A stretch of 64,000 bases of DNA from Arthrobacter sp. (GCF_030540645.1 NZ_JAUNVV010000001.1:3731-67730), one strand, 5' to 3'. Positions 52,625 to 62,121 are shown, counted from the first letter of the stretch. Made by a program: numbers and translations. The notes: generated from the sequence alone by a model not told the origin.

Positions 52625-54583
52625 ATGACCTGGTTAGACACCGCCCCGACCATCTTGGCTGCGGCGCTGATCATCTTCGTTCCGGGCGCGTTGTTGGCCT
52701 GGGCATTCGGGCTCCGGGGCCTCGCGTGGATTGCCGCGGCCGCACCGCTGACAGTGACCTTGGTCTCGGTGGGCACCATCGCAGCGGGCATTGTTCATCT
52801 CGGCTGGAGCCCGGTGGTCCTGGGGGTATTCTCGCTTGGTGCCTGCGCGGTTGCTTGGGGTGGACGCAAACTCGTCCTTGCCCGGTTTGGCAGTAAACGC
52901 GAAACGATTCCTCCTCGTCCAACAGCCGCAATCGTGCTGGCGGGCCTTGGGGGTCTTGTTTTTGGCTCGGGTGTCATTGCGTTGCGCCTGTTACGGATGT
53001 TCATTGCTCCAGCTAACATTTCCCAAACGTACGACAATGTTCATCATCTGACGGCCATCCGGGCCATTCTGGAATCGGGGAATGGCTCGGCGCTGTCTGT
53101 GGGCAGCATGGTGCAAAACGGACCTGCCGGGATATACCCATATGCGTGGCACAATCTGGTAGCCCTCACCGTGCAAGTCAGTGACGCGCGGCTGCCCGTG
53201 GCCGTCAACAGTGTCAATATTGTCATCGGTGCTTTGGTATGGACTGTTGCGGCCATGTTCCTAGCTTCGCGGGTGGCCGGGACACGCCCGGCGGTGCTGC
53301 TTCTGGCCGGTGCTGTGGCAGGGAGTTTCGGTGCTTTTCCCTTCCTCGCACTTGGTTGGGGCGTGCTGTATCCAAACTTTCTGGGGATCGCGCTGCTTCC
53401 AGTCTTTATCGGCTTGGTGGGTGAAGGGCTCAAGCTCTCTCCTGCCCCGCGCATGCACCCCGCACTCTGCCTCACAATCCTGGTCATCGGCTTGCCCGGT
53501 CTTGCCATGGCGCACCCGAATATCGTCATGGCTCTGGGTGCCTTCACAATCCCGCTGTTGGTTTTTTGGCTTGTTCGGCTGTTGGCAGGGAGGCGAATCT
53601 CGCGGTGGGGCACTGGTGCGGCACTGCTGGCCGTGGTGCTCTACATGGCCTTGTTCGTGGTGCTCTGGGACAGGCTCCGACCCAGCGTGGCCGGGTCACA
53701 TTGGCCACCAACACTTACCCTGCCAGTTGCCGCCGCTGAGGCTCTCGCGGTCTCGCCTTTACAGGTTCCACTTTCCTGGCCTGTCTTCATCCTGATGCTT
53801 CTGGGGATTTTGGCTGTGTGCATTCAGAGGCGCCGAATTTGGGCATTGGGTACCTTCATGGTTGGTGCGATGTTCTTTGTTGTGGTTTCCAGTTTTCCAG
53901 CCACGGCCCTTCGGCAGGCCGTCACCGGAGTCTTCTTCAACGACAGCAACAGGCTTGCCGCACTGTTGCCAGTCGTGGCCCTGCCGTTGATGGTCACAGG
54001 AGCGGTTTGGGTGTTCGATCTGGCTCAGCAACGGATTCCAGCTGGGGCCCTGCAGAGATCCTCGCTGCGGACAGCCGTCGCCGCTGCGGGGGTGTTGGCT
54101 GCGGTGCTGGTGGGCGTCGCGGCGCAAAACAATGCAGTCGGGGTCACCGAGAGGGATACGAGCGAATACTATGTTTCCAATGCTGATTCGTGGCTGCTCT
54201 CGAGTGATGAAGCTGCCTTGCTTAGACGGGTGCCTGAAGAGATTCCGGCGGGGGCCACTGTCATCGGCCATCCGGCCAACGGGGGCTCCCTTGTGTACGC
54301 CCTTGAAGGCATTAAGACCGTAGTGCCGTCACTGTCCTCGGTTCAAAGCCCTCAGATAAAAACAGTATTCGCCCACCTGCAAGAAATTGATGTGAATCCG
54401 GCTGTTTGCGACGCGATTCGATCCCTGAATGCCTACTACTTCCTCGACTTTGGTAGCGGTCGGCAGGTTAGTGACATGCGCATGACCATCCCCAGCTCGG
54501 AAGACCTTGCGGTTACTCCGGGGCTGACTCTGATCGACGAGGAAGGGCCGGCGAAACTCTACCGAATTGATGCATGCCACTAG
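52625..54583 (+). CDS. Paralog of the 36277..38253 polytopic membrane protein (DUF6541-type; candidate GT-C-like enzyme)
   Basis: 652 aa, colinear with the first copy along its whole length. Examples are ISQTYDNVHHLTAIRAILESGNGSALSVG, VNIVIGALVW, GWGVLYPNFLGIALLP and the ending ...KLYRIDACH. Confidence 0.7.
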   Translation: MTWLDTAPTILAAALIIFVPGALLAWAFGLRGLAWIAAAAPLTVTLVSVGTIAAGIVHLGWSPVVLGVFSLGACAVAWGGRKLVLARFGSKRETIPPRPTAAIVLAGLGGLVFGSGVIALRLLRMFIAPANISQTYDNVHHLTAIRAILESGNGSALSVGSMVQNGPAGIYPYAWHNLVALTVQVSDARLPVAVNSVNIVIGALVWTVAAMFLASRVAGTRPAVLLLAGAVAGSFGAFPFLALGWGVLYPNFLGIALLPVFIGLVGEGLKLSPAPRMHPALCLTILVIGLPGLAMAHPNIVMALGAFTIPLLVFWLVRLLAGRRISRWGTGAALLAVVLYMALFVVLWDRLRPSVAGSHWPPTLTLPVAAAEALAVSPLQVPLSWPVFILMLLGILAVCIQRRRIWALGTFMVGAMFFVVVSSFPATALRQAVTGVFFNDSNRLAALLPVVALPLMVTGAVWVFDLAQQRIPAGALQRSSLRTAVAAAGVLAAVLVGVAAQNNAVGVTERDTSEYYVSNADSWLLSSDEAALLRRVPEEIPAGATVIGHPANGGSLVYALEGIKTVVPSLSSVQSPQIKTVFAHLQEIDVNPAVCDAIRSLNAYYFLDFGSGRQVSDMRMTIPSSEDLAVTPGLTLIDEEGPAKLYRIDACH

Positions 54584-54585
54584 AA

Positions 54586-54602
54586 TGGCCGTGGCACGGC
54601 CA
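54586..54602 (+). terminator. Short palindromic hairpin directly after the stop codon
   Basis: tggccgtg-g-cacggcca. There is no U tract. Confidence 0.3.
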
Positions 54603-54763
54603 AGGTTGGAAATGCAAACGTAAATGAATGCACCGGAAAGTTGTGGGGTGACTCTCACCTGACTCTGATGGTCTGCAAAGCTCTATATTCTAGTAGTCAA
54701 CGCATCGGCTTGGGCCAGTTCGCTGGTGAACCAGCAATTTCAAGAGATTAGGTTACAAATAAC

Positions 54764-56053
54764 GTGAAGATTGCAGTTATTGCACTGGGTAAGATCGGCC
54801 TGCCGTTGGCTGTTCAGTTTGCGTCCAAAGGCCATGAAGTTGTTGGAGTAGACGTCAATCCTGCCGTTGTGGACCTTGTTAACGCAGGAGTGGAGCCATT
54901 CCCCGGCGAAGCGCACCTACAGGAGAAGCTCTCCGAGCTGGTACCTGCGGGCAAGCTGCGGGCGACGACGGATTACGCCCAGGCTGTTCCCGGCGCCGAC
55001 GCCGTGGTGCTGGTCGTGCCGCTATTTGTCGACTCGGAGGCCAAGCCCGACTTCGGCTGGATGGACGCCGCCACCGCCGAATTGGGCAAGCACCTGAGCG
55101 CAGGCACGCTGGTCTCCTACGAGACGACCCTTCCCGTTGGCACCACCCGCACCCGCTGGAAGCCGGCGCTGGAGGCTGCTTCTGGTTTGGTTGAGGGCAA
55201 GGATTTTCACCTCATTTTCTCGCCTGAGCGAGTCCTTACGGGCCGCGTCTTCGAGGACTTGCGCAAGTACCCGAAGCTTGTTGGCGCGTTGACCGACGCT
55301 GGCGCAGCCAAAGCCATAGAGTTCTACGAGGCGGTGCTGGACTTTGACGAGCGCCCGGACTTGGACCGCGGAAACGGTGTCTGGGACCTCGGCTCGGCGG
55401 AAGCTTCCGAACTGGCCAAGCTTGCAGAGACCACGTATCGCGACGTCAACATCGGGCTGGCCAACCAGTTTGCCCGCTTCGCTGCCACTGCAGGCATCGA
55501 CATCTACCAGGTCATTGCCGCCTCCAACTCCCAGCCGTTCAGCCACATCCACCAGCCCGGCATTGCCGTTGGCGGACACTGCATCCCCGTCTACCCCCGC
55601 CTGTACCTATGGAACGATCCCGACGCCACCGTGGTCCGCGCAGCACGGGCAGCCAATGCAGACATGCCCGACTACACTATCGGCCTGCTCGAAGGCGCCT
55701 ACGGGGACCTGACCGGAGCACGCGTCGTTGTACTGGGTGCGGCGTACCGCGGCGGAGTGAAGGAAACAGCGTTCTCGGGCGTTTTCGACGCCGTCGAGGC
55801 CATCAACCGCCGCGGTGGCACTGCCCTGGTGCACGATCCTATGTACACCGATGTGGAGTTGGAAAAGCTCGGCTTTGCCCCGTACCACTTGGGTGAGCCT
55901 GTGGACGCCGCCGTCGTGCAGGCAGACCACGCAGAGTACCGCGATTTGACCCCGGCGAAGCTTCCCGGGCTCAAGGTCTTCATTGACGGGCGCCGCGTCA
56001 GCTCGGCAGAGAAGTGGGACGGCGTCGCCTACCGCGTCATCGGCAAGGCCTAG
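54764..56053 (+). CDS. Nucleotide-sugar 6-dehydrogenase (WbpA/WecC-like)
   Basis: 429 aa with a GTG start. MKIAVIALGKIGLPLAVQFA is an NAD-binding fold of the UDP-glucose/GDP-mannose dehydrogenase family. It is the first gene of a Wbp-like operon. Confidence 0.8.
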   Translation: MKIAVIALGKIGLPLAVQFASKGHEVVGVDVNPAVVDLVNAGVEPFPGEAHLQEKLSELVPAGKLRATTDYAQAVPGADAVVLVVPLFVDSEAKPDFGWMDAATAELGKHLSAGTLVSYETTLPVGTTRTRWKPALEAASGLVEGKDFHLIFSPERVLTGRVFEDLRKYPKLVGALTDAGAAKAIEFYEAVLDFDERPDLDRGNGVWDLGSAEASELAKLAETTYRDVNIGLANQFARFAATAGIDIYQVIAASNSQPFSHIHQPGIAVGGHCIPVYPRLYLWNDPDATVVRAARAANADMPDYTIGLLEGAYGDLTGARVVVLGAAYRGGVKETAFSGVFDAVEAINRRGGTALVHDPMYTDVELEKLGFAPYHLGEPVDAAVVQADHAEYRDLTPAKLPGLKVFIDGRRVSSAEKWDGVAYRVIGKA

Positions 56054-56098
56054 AAAGCTCAATTCGTCCACTCAGTGGGCCGAGTCAGGAGAAACATC

Positions 56099-56695
56099 AT
56101 GAGTTATGTAGCACCCAGCGCCGACGTGTCGGATGACGCTGCAATTGGTGAAGGCACCAAGATTTGGCATTTGGCCCAAGTGCGCGAAGAAGCTGTGCTT
56201 GGCCAAAACTGCATTGTGGGCCGAGGTGCCTACGTAGGCACGGGAGTGCGCATCGGCGACAACACCAAGATCCAGAACTACGCCTTGGTGTACGAACCGG
56301 CAGTGCTGGGCCATGGTGTTTTTATCGGACCGGCCGTCGTGCTCACCAATGACACCTATCCGCGCGCCGTCAGCCCCGACGGGTCGCTGAAGAGCGCCCA
56401 TGACTGGGTGCCCGTTGGCGTCATCATCGAGGACGGGGCTTCCATTGGTGCCCGTGCTGTTTGCATAGCTCCCGTAACAATTGGCCGGTGGGCTACCGTC
56501 GCAGCCGGGTCCGTGGTGACGAAGGATGTTCCGGCGTTTGCGCTGATGGCAGGCGTTCCAGCCCGTCGACTGGGCTGGGTCGGCAAGGCTGGCTTTCCGC
56601 TAAAGCAGGAGGGTGGTTTTTGGGTTTGCCCTGAAACAGGGGCAAAATACATTGAGGATTCAAACTCCCTTAAAGAGGCAGAGGACAACGCATGA
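56099..56695 (+). CDS. Left-handed beta-helix N-acetyltransferase (WbpD/WlbB-like)
   Basis: ATG at 56099 follows AGGAGA. Hexapeptide repeats are present (IGEGTKIWHLAQV...IGDNTKIQNYALVYE...FIGPAVVLTNDTYPRA). Confidence 0.85.
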   Translation: MSYVAPSADVSDDAAIGEGTKIWHLAQVREEAVLGQNCIVGRGAYVGTGVRIGDNTKIQNYALVYEPAVLGHGVFIGPAVVLTNDTYPRAVSPDGSLKSAHDWVPVGVIIEDGASIGARAVCIAPVTIGRWATVAAGSVVTKDVPAFALMAGVPARRLGWVGKAGFPLKQEGGFWVCPETGAKYIEDSNSLKEAEDNA

Positions 56696-57783
56696 GCCAG
56701 GACTTCATTCCCGCAGCAAAACCGATCATTGGTGACGAGGAAAGGGCAGCGGTCGACGCCGTCATGGCTTCCGGCATGTTGGCACAGGGCAAGCAGGTGG
56801 CCGAGTTCGAAACGGAATTCTCCCAAGTCCTTCTGGACGGCCGTGCCAGCGTCGCCGTGAACTCCGGCACCTCCGGGCTGCACCTGGGCCTGCTGGCTTC
56901 CGGTGTTGGCGCCGGCGACGAGGTCATCGTGCCTTCGTTCACCTTTGCCGCCACCGGCAACTCGGTGGCGCTGACCGGGGCAACCCCGGTCTTTGCCGAC
57001 ATTGAGCTGGACTACTACTCCCTCGACGTGGCCCATGTGGAGTCGCTCATCACGGACAAGACAAAGGGCATCATGCCCGTCCACCTCTACGGTCACCCCT
57101 TCGCCGCCGAGGCCTTCGCCGCGCTGTGCGACAAGCACGACATTGACCTGTACGAGGACGCAGCTCAGGCACACGGTGCCGCACTGAACGGCAAAAAAGT
57201 CGGCACCTTCGGCAAGTTCGGCATGTTCAGCCTGTACCCCACGAAGAACATGACGTCGGGAGAGGGCGGCATGGTGTCCACCTCGGATGCCACGGTGGAG
57301 CGCAACGTGCGCCTGCTGCGCAACCAGGGCATGGACAAGCAGTACGAGAACGAGCTGGTCGGCTTCAACAACCGCATGACGGACCTACACGCCGCCATCG
57401 GCCGGGTGCAGCTGACAAAGATCGAGGCCTGGACCAAAAAGCGCCAGGAGAACGCCGCATTTTTGACGGCCAACCTCGAAGGCGTGGGAACGCCGAAGGT
57501 GGCCGAGGGCGCCGAGCACGTCTACCACCAGTACACGATCCGTGTGTCCGAGGGCCGCCACGCACTGCACGAGCGCCTCCGCAGCGAGTTCAACATCGGC
57601 TCCGGCGTCTACTACCCGGTGCCGAACCACCGCCTGCCCTCCTTCAACCGCACCGAGGACCTGCCGAACACGGAGATCGCCGCGAAGGAAGTCCTCTCGC
57701 TGCCGGTGCACCCCTCGCTGTCGCAGGACGACCTGGAGCGCATTGTCGCCGCCGTGAACACCATCGTGAAGGCAGGGGCATAA
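56692..57783 (+). CDS. DegT/DnrJ/EryC1-family PLP aminotransferase (WbpE/WlbC-like)
   Basis: ATGA overlap with the previous gene. Motifs include FIPAAKPIIGDEE..., SGTSGLHLGL and FSLYPTKNMTSGEGGMV (PLP lysine). Confidence 0.9.
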   Translation: MSQDFIPAAKPIIGDEERAAVDAVMASGMLAQGKQVAEFETEFSQVLLDGRASVAVNSGTSGLHLGLLASGVGAGDEVIVPSFTFAATGNSVALTGATPVFADIELDYYSLDVAHVESLITDKTKGIMPVHLYGHPFAAEAFAALCDKHDIDLYEDAAQAHGAALNGKKVGTFGKFGMFSLYPTKNMTSGEGGMVSTSDATVERNVRLLRNQGMDKQYENELVGFNNRMTDLHAAIGRVQLTKIEAWTKKRQENAAFLTANLEGVGTPKVAEGAEHVYHQYTIRVSEGRHALHERLRSEFNIGSGVYYPVPNHRLPSFNRTEDLPNTEIAAKEVLSLPVHPSLSQDDLERIVAAVNTIVKAGA

Positions 57784-57784
57784 C

Positions 57785-58780
57785 ATGGCGAACTTGCGTG
57801 TAGGGCTCATTGGCCTGGGCATGATGGGCCGCCACCACGCCCGTGTCATCCGCGAGGTCGACGGCGTCGAGCTGGTGGCCGTGGCCGACGCCTTTGGTGA
57901 CCCCCACGGCGTCGCCAGGGAGCTGCCGGTACTTGGCAGCGTAGAAGAACTCATCGCCGCCGGCATAGACATGGCTGTAGTGGCCGTGCCCACCGGCATG
58001 CACGAGGAAGTCGGCTTGGCATTGGCCGAGGCAGACATCCACACGCTCGTCGAGAAGCCGATAGCGGCCAGCGTCCCCGCCGGGCAGCGCCTCGTTGAGG
58101 CGTTCGCGGCCAAGGGTCTAGTGGGCGCCGTCGGACATATCGAGCGCTTCAATCCAGCCCTGCAGTCGCTGCGCGAGCGCATCGCCGACGGAGAACTGGG
58201 CGACGTCTACCAGATCGCGACACGCCGGCAGGGCCCGTTCCCGGCCCGCATTGCCGACGTCGGAGTGGTCAAGGACCTGGGCACGCACGACATCGACTTG
58301 ACCGCCTGGCTGGCACAGAGCCGTTACGAATCGATCTTCGCCCAAACCACGACCCGCAGCGGGCGCCCGCACGAGGACATGGTGGCTGCCACCGGTAAGC
58401 TGACCAACGGCATCATCACGAACCACCTGGTGAATTGGCTTTCACCCATGAAGGAGCGCCTTACCATCGTCACAGGTGAAAAGGGGGCGTTTGTGGCCGA
58501 CACGGTCACGGCGGACCTTACCTTCTACGAAAATGGCACCGTGGCCACAGAATGGGATTCCATCGGTGCCTTCCGTGGCGTCTCCGAAGGCAATGTGACC
58601 CGCCTGGCGATTGCCAAGCCGGAACCGCTGCGCACCGAACACGAAGCTTTCCGCGACGCTGTGCTCGGATTGCGCAATGATGTTGTGACCATGGCTGAAG
58701 GTCAAGACACCTTGGTCGTGGCCGAGGCAGTGCTGGAGTCGTCGCGCCTCGGTCAAAGTGTGCGAATTCCTCGACAGTGA
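57785..58780 (+). CDS. Gfo/Idh/MocA oxidoreductase (WbpB/WlbA-like 3-dehydrogenase)
   Basis: LRVGLIGLGMMGRHHARV... and EKPIA motifs, in the operon position after the aminotransferase. Confidence 0.85.
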   Translation: MANLRVGLIGLGMMGRHHARVIREVDGVELVAVADAFGDPHGVARELPVLGSVEELIAAGIDMAVVAVPTGMHEEVGLALAEADIHTLVEKPIAASVPAGQRLVEAFAAKGLVGAVGHIERFNPALQSLRERIADGELGDVYQIATRRQGPFPARIADVGVVKDLGTHDIDLTAWLAQSRYESIFAQTTTRSGRPHEDMVAATGKLTNGIITNHLVNWLSPMKERLTIVTGEKGAFVADTVTADLTFYENGTVATEWDSIGAFRGVSEGNVTRLAIAKPEPLRTEHEAFRDAVLGLRNDVVTMAEGQDTLVVAEAVLESSRLGQSVRIPRQ

Positions 58781-59937
58781 AAACCGGAAAACCGTTGAAA
58801 GTCACAGTTGCCAGCAGACTGTTTGCCCCTGAAGTGGGAGCGGCTGCCTTCCGATTGGAGGCACTTGTCCACGGTCTCCTCGAGCAGGGCGCGGACGTGA
58901 CTGTTCTTACCACCAGGCTTCCCTCCGGCAGCCCGGTCTTCACGCCGCCCTACAAGCTGAAACGTTGGCCCGTACTGCGTGACGCGGGCGGCTATGTGCG
59001 CGGATACGTGCAATACCTCAGCTTCGACATCCCGGCCTTCTTCCGGTTGCTGGCCACCTCCGCCGATGTAGTGGTCTCAGAGCCGCCACCCACAACAGGT
59101 GTTGTTGTGGCGCTTTCTTCTCTGCTCCGCCGACGTCCCTTTGTCTATTATGCCGCCGACATCTGGAGTGAAGCTCTCGCCGCCATGGACGTCCTGCCCA
59201 TCGTCAAGAAATCGTTGGCGGTGGTCGAAGGCTTTGTGCTGCGCAGTGCCGTTCAGGTCATTGCTGTTTCGGAGCCGGTGGCCGAGCAGGTCGCCAAGTT
59301 CAATGTGCCGCTCGAGCGCATCAGCGTTGTGAGCAACGGTGTGAACACGAGTATTTTCAAGGCTCAAGGACCTTCTCCACTGGCAGAGAAGCCCTATTTG
59401 ATCTACACCGGCACCATGAGTGAGTGGCAGGGTGCAGAAATATTCATCCAGGCACTGCCGTACGTGCATGAGAAGTTCCCGGATGTGGAGATCCGATTTT
59501 TTGGGCAGGGCACCGATGAGGCACATCTGGAAGCAACCGCATTGCGACTGGCACCAGGCAGTGTCCACTTCGGCGGGGTTGTTCCACCTGACCAGGCAGC
59601 GGCATGGATTCGCGGTGCGGTTGGGGCGCTGGTAAGCATCAAACCCGGACAGGGCTACGATTTTGCCAAGCCCACCAAGATCTACGCCGCTGCCGGCTGC
59701 GGAACCCCGGTGGTCTTTTCCGGGCAGGGAGCAGGGGCGCAGATCGTGGAAGAAGGCAATTTGGGCATTGCCTGCGACTACGATCCACGAGCTGTCGCGG
59801 AATCCTTGATTGAACTTCTGTCCACGCCTGCGACTGCCGCAGACCAGCAGTATCGCATTAAATGGGTAGTGGAGAACGCCTCCCTGGAAGCTGCCGGAAA
59901 ACAGGCAGCCAAGGTCGTCCTTGGGGCAGCTTCATGA
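58777..59937 (+). CDS. GT-B fold glycosyltransferase (family 4/1-like)
   Basis: GTGA overlap with the previous gene. 386 aa with an N-terminal KVTVASRLFAPEVGAAAFR and a C-terminal E-x7-E-like region (...GYDFAKPTKIYAAAGCGTPVV). Confidence 0.8.
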   Translation: MKTGKPLKVTVASRLFAPEVGAAAFRLEALVHGLLEQGADVTVLTTRLPSGSPVFTPPYKLKRWPVLRDAGGYVRGYVQYLSFDIPAFFRLLATSADVVVSEPPPTTGVVVALSSLLRRRPFVYYAADIWSEALAAMDVLPIVKKSLAVVEGFVLRSAVQVIAVSEPVAEQVAKFNVPLERISVVSNGVNTSIFKAQGPSPLAEKPYLIYTGTMSEWQGAEIFIQALPYVHEKFPDVEIRFFGQGTDEAHLEATALRLAPGSVHFGGVVPPDQAAAWIRGAVGALVSIKPGQGYDFAKPTKIYAAAGCGTPVVFSGQGAGAQIVEEGNLGIACDYDPRAVAESLIELLSTPATAADQQYRIKWVVENASLEAAGKQAAKVVLGAAS

Positions 59938-60010
59938 GTCTTGACATGATGACGCAACAGCCCGGATCCCACACCCCCCCAGTAGGGCATCGAACAGGCG
60001 GCGCACCATT

Positions 60011-61012
60011 TTGCGGCGGCGTTGGACCGCTCTTGCCGTCATTGTGGTGCTGGTTGCCGTCAGTGGCGGGCTGTTCGTTTTTCGTGAGAATATTTGGGGC
60101 CCACAATTCAACCGCACTGGATACGATATAAGCAGGGACGGACAGTCGCCCTACATTGGTGATTACACCGTCCCACTCGAGGATGAAACTTGGGGTGAAA
60201 CTGGGACTGACGGCGTCTTGGTCACCAAGCTGTACGGGGAAGCTGTTTACCACCCAGTCAATTCCGCATGGTATATCAGCCAGATGATTTCCTCCTACCG
60301 GCACTCCGGAAATCAGCAGTACCTTGACAGAGCCATCGCCACCTCAAACTACCTGATCCGCTGGTCCGAGACCGATGAAAATGGTGCCATGTGGTTCCCC
60401 TACCGCTTTTCCCATGACGTTGGCACGCTGAGGTTGGGAACACCGTGGTACTCAGGCATGGCCCAAGGAATGATGACGTCGGTGTTCGTCAACCTTTATG
60501 AGGCCACGCAGGATGGATATTGGAAGGACATGGCCACCAAAACGGTCAAGTCCTATGATCAGCCCAAGCCCAAGCCCAAGGACCAGGCGAAGCCCGATGA
60601 TCAGCCCCAGTCCGAGGACGGGCCATGGTTCCACAATGTCAAGGTGCTTGATGGCAAGAAGTTTGTCTTTTATGAGGAGTATCCGGCGCTTGCTGACGAA
60701 CAAAATGCCCATGTGGTCAACGGGCACATCTACGCACTGTACGGACTCTACGACTATTATCGGATCACCGGCAACAGACATGTGAAGTGGCTGTTCGACA
60801 TCGGCGCGTCCAGTATCCGCGATTCATTTGGTGCGTATAGAAACCCTGGCCAGCCAAGCTGGTATTCCCCAACGTACTATGGACGGACCGTCTGGGGGAC
60901 CCCTGAAAGCTATCACCAGGGAGTCGTCAAACAGCTCCGAAAACTTGCCGATATGACAGGGGATCAGGAATTCACCAGACAAGCCGACCTGCTCTACGCG
61001 GACTTCCACTAG
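60011..61012 (+). CDS. Membrane-anchored D-glucuronyl C5-epimerase-like protein
   Basis: TTG is the only available start. There is an N-terminal anchor (RRRWTALAVIVVLVAVSGGLFVF). PWYSGMAQGMMTSVF and VVNGHIYALYGLYDYYRITGN resemble the WYSAMAQG and NGF(I/M)YSLIGLYD blocks of heparosan/heparan C5-epimerases. Confidence 0.7.
   Translation: MRRRWTALAVIVVLVAVSGGLFVFRENIWGPQFNRTGYDISRDGQSPYIGDYTVPLEDETWGETGTDGVLVTKLYGEAVYHPVNSAWYISQMISSYRHSGNQQYLDRAIATSNYLIRWSETDENGAMWFPYRFSHDVGTLRLGTPWYSGMAQGMMTSVFVNLYEATQDGYWKDMATKTVKSYDQPKPKPKDQAKPDDQPQSEDGPWFHNVKVLDGKKFVFYEEYPALADEQNAHVVNGHIYALYGLYDYYRITGNRHVKWLFDIGASSIRDSFGAYRNPGQPSWYSPTYYGRTVWGTPESYHQGVVKQLRKLADMTGDQEFTRQADLLYADFH
60557..60619 (+). repeat. 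Low-complexity K/P/D/Q insert inside the epimerase-like gene
   Basis: gatcagcccaagcccaagcccaaggaccaggcgaagcccgatgatcagccccag encodes DQPKPKPKDQAKPDDQPQSED. Confidence 0.8.
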
Positions 61013-61056
61013 CGCACTGGCAACAGAGGTGGCCAGACTCGCAGATCCCGGGGCTT

Positions 61057-62121
61057 CTACTGGGTGAACGCATCCAACAGGGCATCAACGGTTCGCACTG
61101 CCGCGTGGCCATCACCGTAAGGGACTGCGTCCGTAGCCGCAGGGGCCGGTCGTTCAACAGCACCTGCAAGCAGACTGAAGTCATTATCGACGAGAACATT
61201 CCAGCCGAGCTCCACGGTTTCCACCCATTCAGTCTCTGGACGAATCGTGGTGCATGGCACGCGCAAGAGGAAGGCCTCCTTCTGCAGCCCGCCGGAGTCG
61301 GTCACTACACCGGCGCTGTTGGCTACTGCGTTGACCAGTTGAGGGTAGGCGAGCGGCTCACTGAGCACCAGTGAACCGGCAGTCAGGTCAATTCCGTGGC
61401 TTTTCGCCATGGCCTTGAGCCTGGGATGAGCGAGTAGCAAAACAGGCTTGCCCAGGGCGGCGAGCGAATCCATAATGGCCTTAAGCCGGGCGGGATTGTC
61501 CGTGTTGTCCGGCCGATGCATGGTGCACACATAGTAGGCTCCCGCGCTTTGGCCGGCCGGAAGAGGTTCGTTTCTGGTTGCTATCGAGCCACGGACGCGG
61601 TACAAAACATCCGTCATGACGTCCCCCACCAGCACAGAGCGGTCCGCCAGACCCTCAGTGGCTAAATGATCCATTCCGACTTGGGTGGGAGAGAGCAACA
61701 GATCAGCGGCGTGGTCAGTAAGAACCCGGTTATGCTCCTCTGGCATCCTGCGGTTGAAGGAACGTAAACCCGCCTCAAGGTGAGCTACGGGAATATGCAA
61801 CTTCACGGCTGCCAGCGCAGCGGCCAAGGTTGAGTTGGTGTCCCCATAAACCAGAACAACATCAGGCTTGGACTCCTGGAAGACTTTCTCCAAGCCAACC
61901 AGCATGCTGGCAGTCTGTTGACCATGGCTGCCCGAGCCAACACCGAGGTTGTAGTCGGGTGCGGGGATGCCCAGATCGTGGAAGAAGACATCACTCATGA
62001 TTTCGTCGTAATGCTGTCCCGTGTGAACGATGATATGTTCGGCCCGGCCGTCCATGGCGTGGGCAATTGGCGCAAGCTTTACAAACTGGGGACGTGCGCC
62101 CACAACACTCAAAATTCGCAT
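61057..62121 (-). CDS. Non-hydrolysing UDP-N-acetylglucosamine-type 2-epimerase (WecB/WbpI-like)
   Basis: MRILSVVGARPQFVKLAPI..., GDTNSTLAAALAA and HLEAGLRSFNRRMPEE. Confidence 0.9.
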   Translation of the reverse strand: MRILSVVGARPQFVKLAPIAHAMDGRAEHIIVHTGQHYDEIMSDVFFHDLGIPAPDYNLGVGSGSHGQQTASMLVGLEKVFQESKPDVVLVYGDTNSTLAAALAAVKLHIPVAHLEAGLRSFNRRMPEEHNRVLTDHAADLLLSPTQVGMDHLATEGLADRSVLVGDVMTDVLYRVRGSIATRNEPLPAGQSAGAYYVCTMHRPDNTDNPARLKAIMDSLAALGKPVLLLAHPRLKAMAKSHGIDLTAGSLVLSEPLAYPQLVNAVANSAGVVTDSGGLQKEAFLLRVPCTTIRPETEWVETVELGWNVLVDNDFSLLAGAVERPAPAATDAVPYGDGHAAVRTVDALLDAFTQ

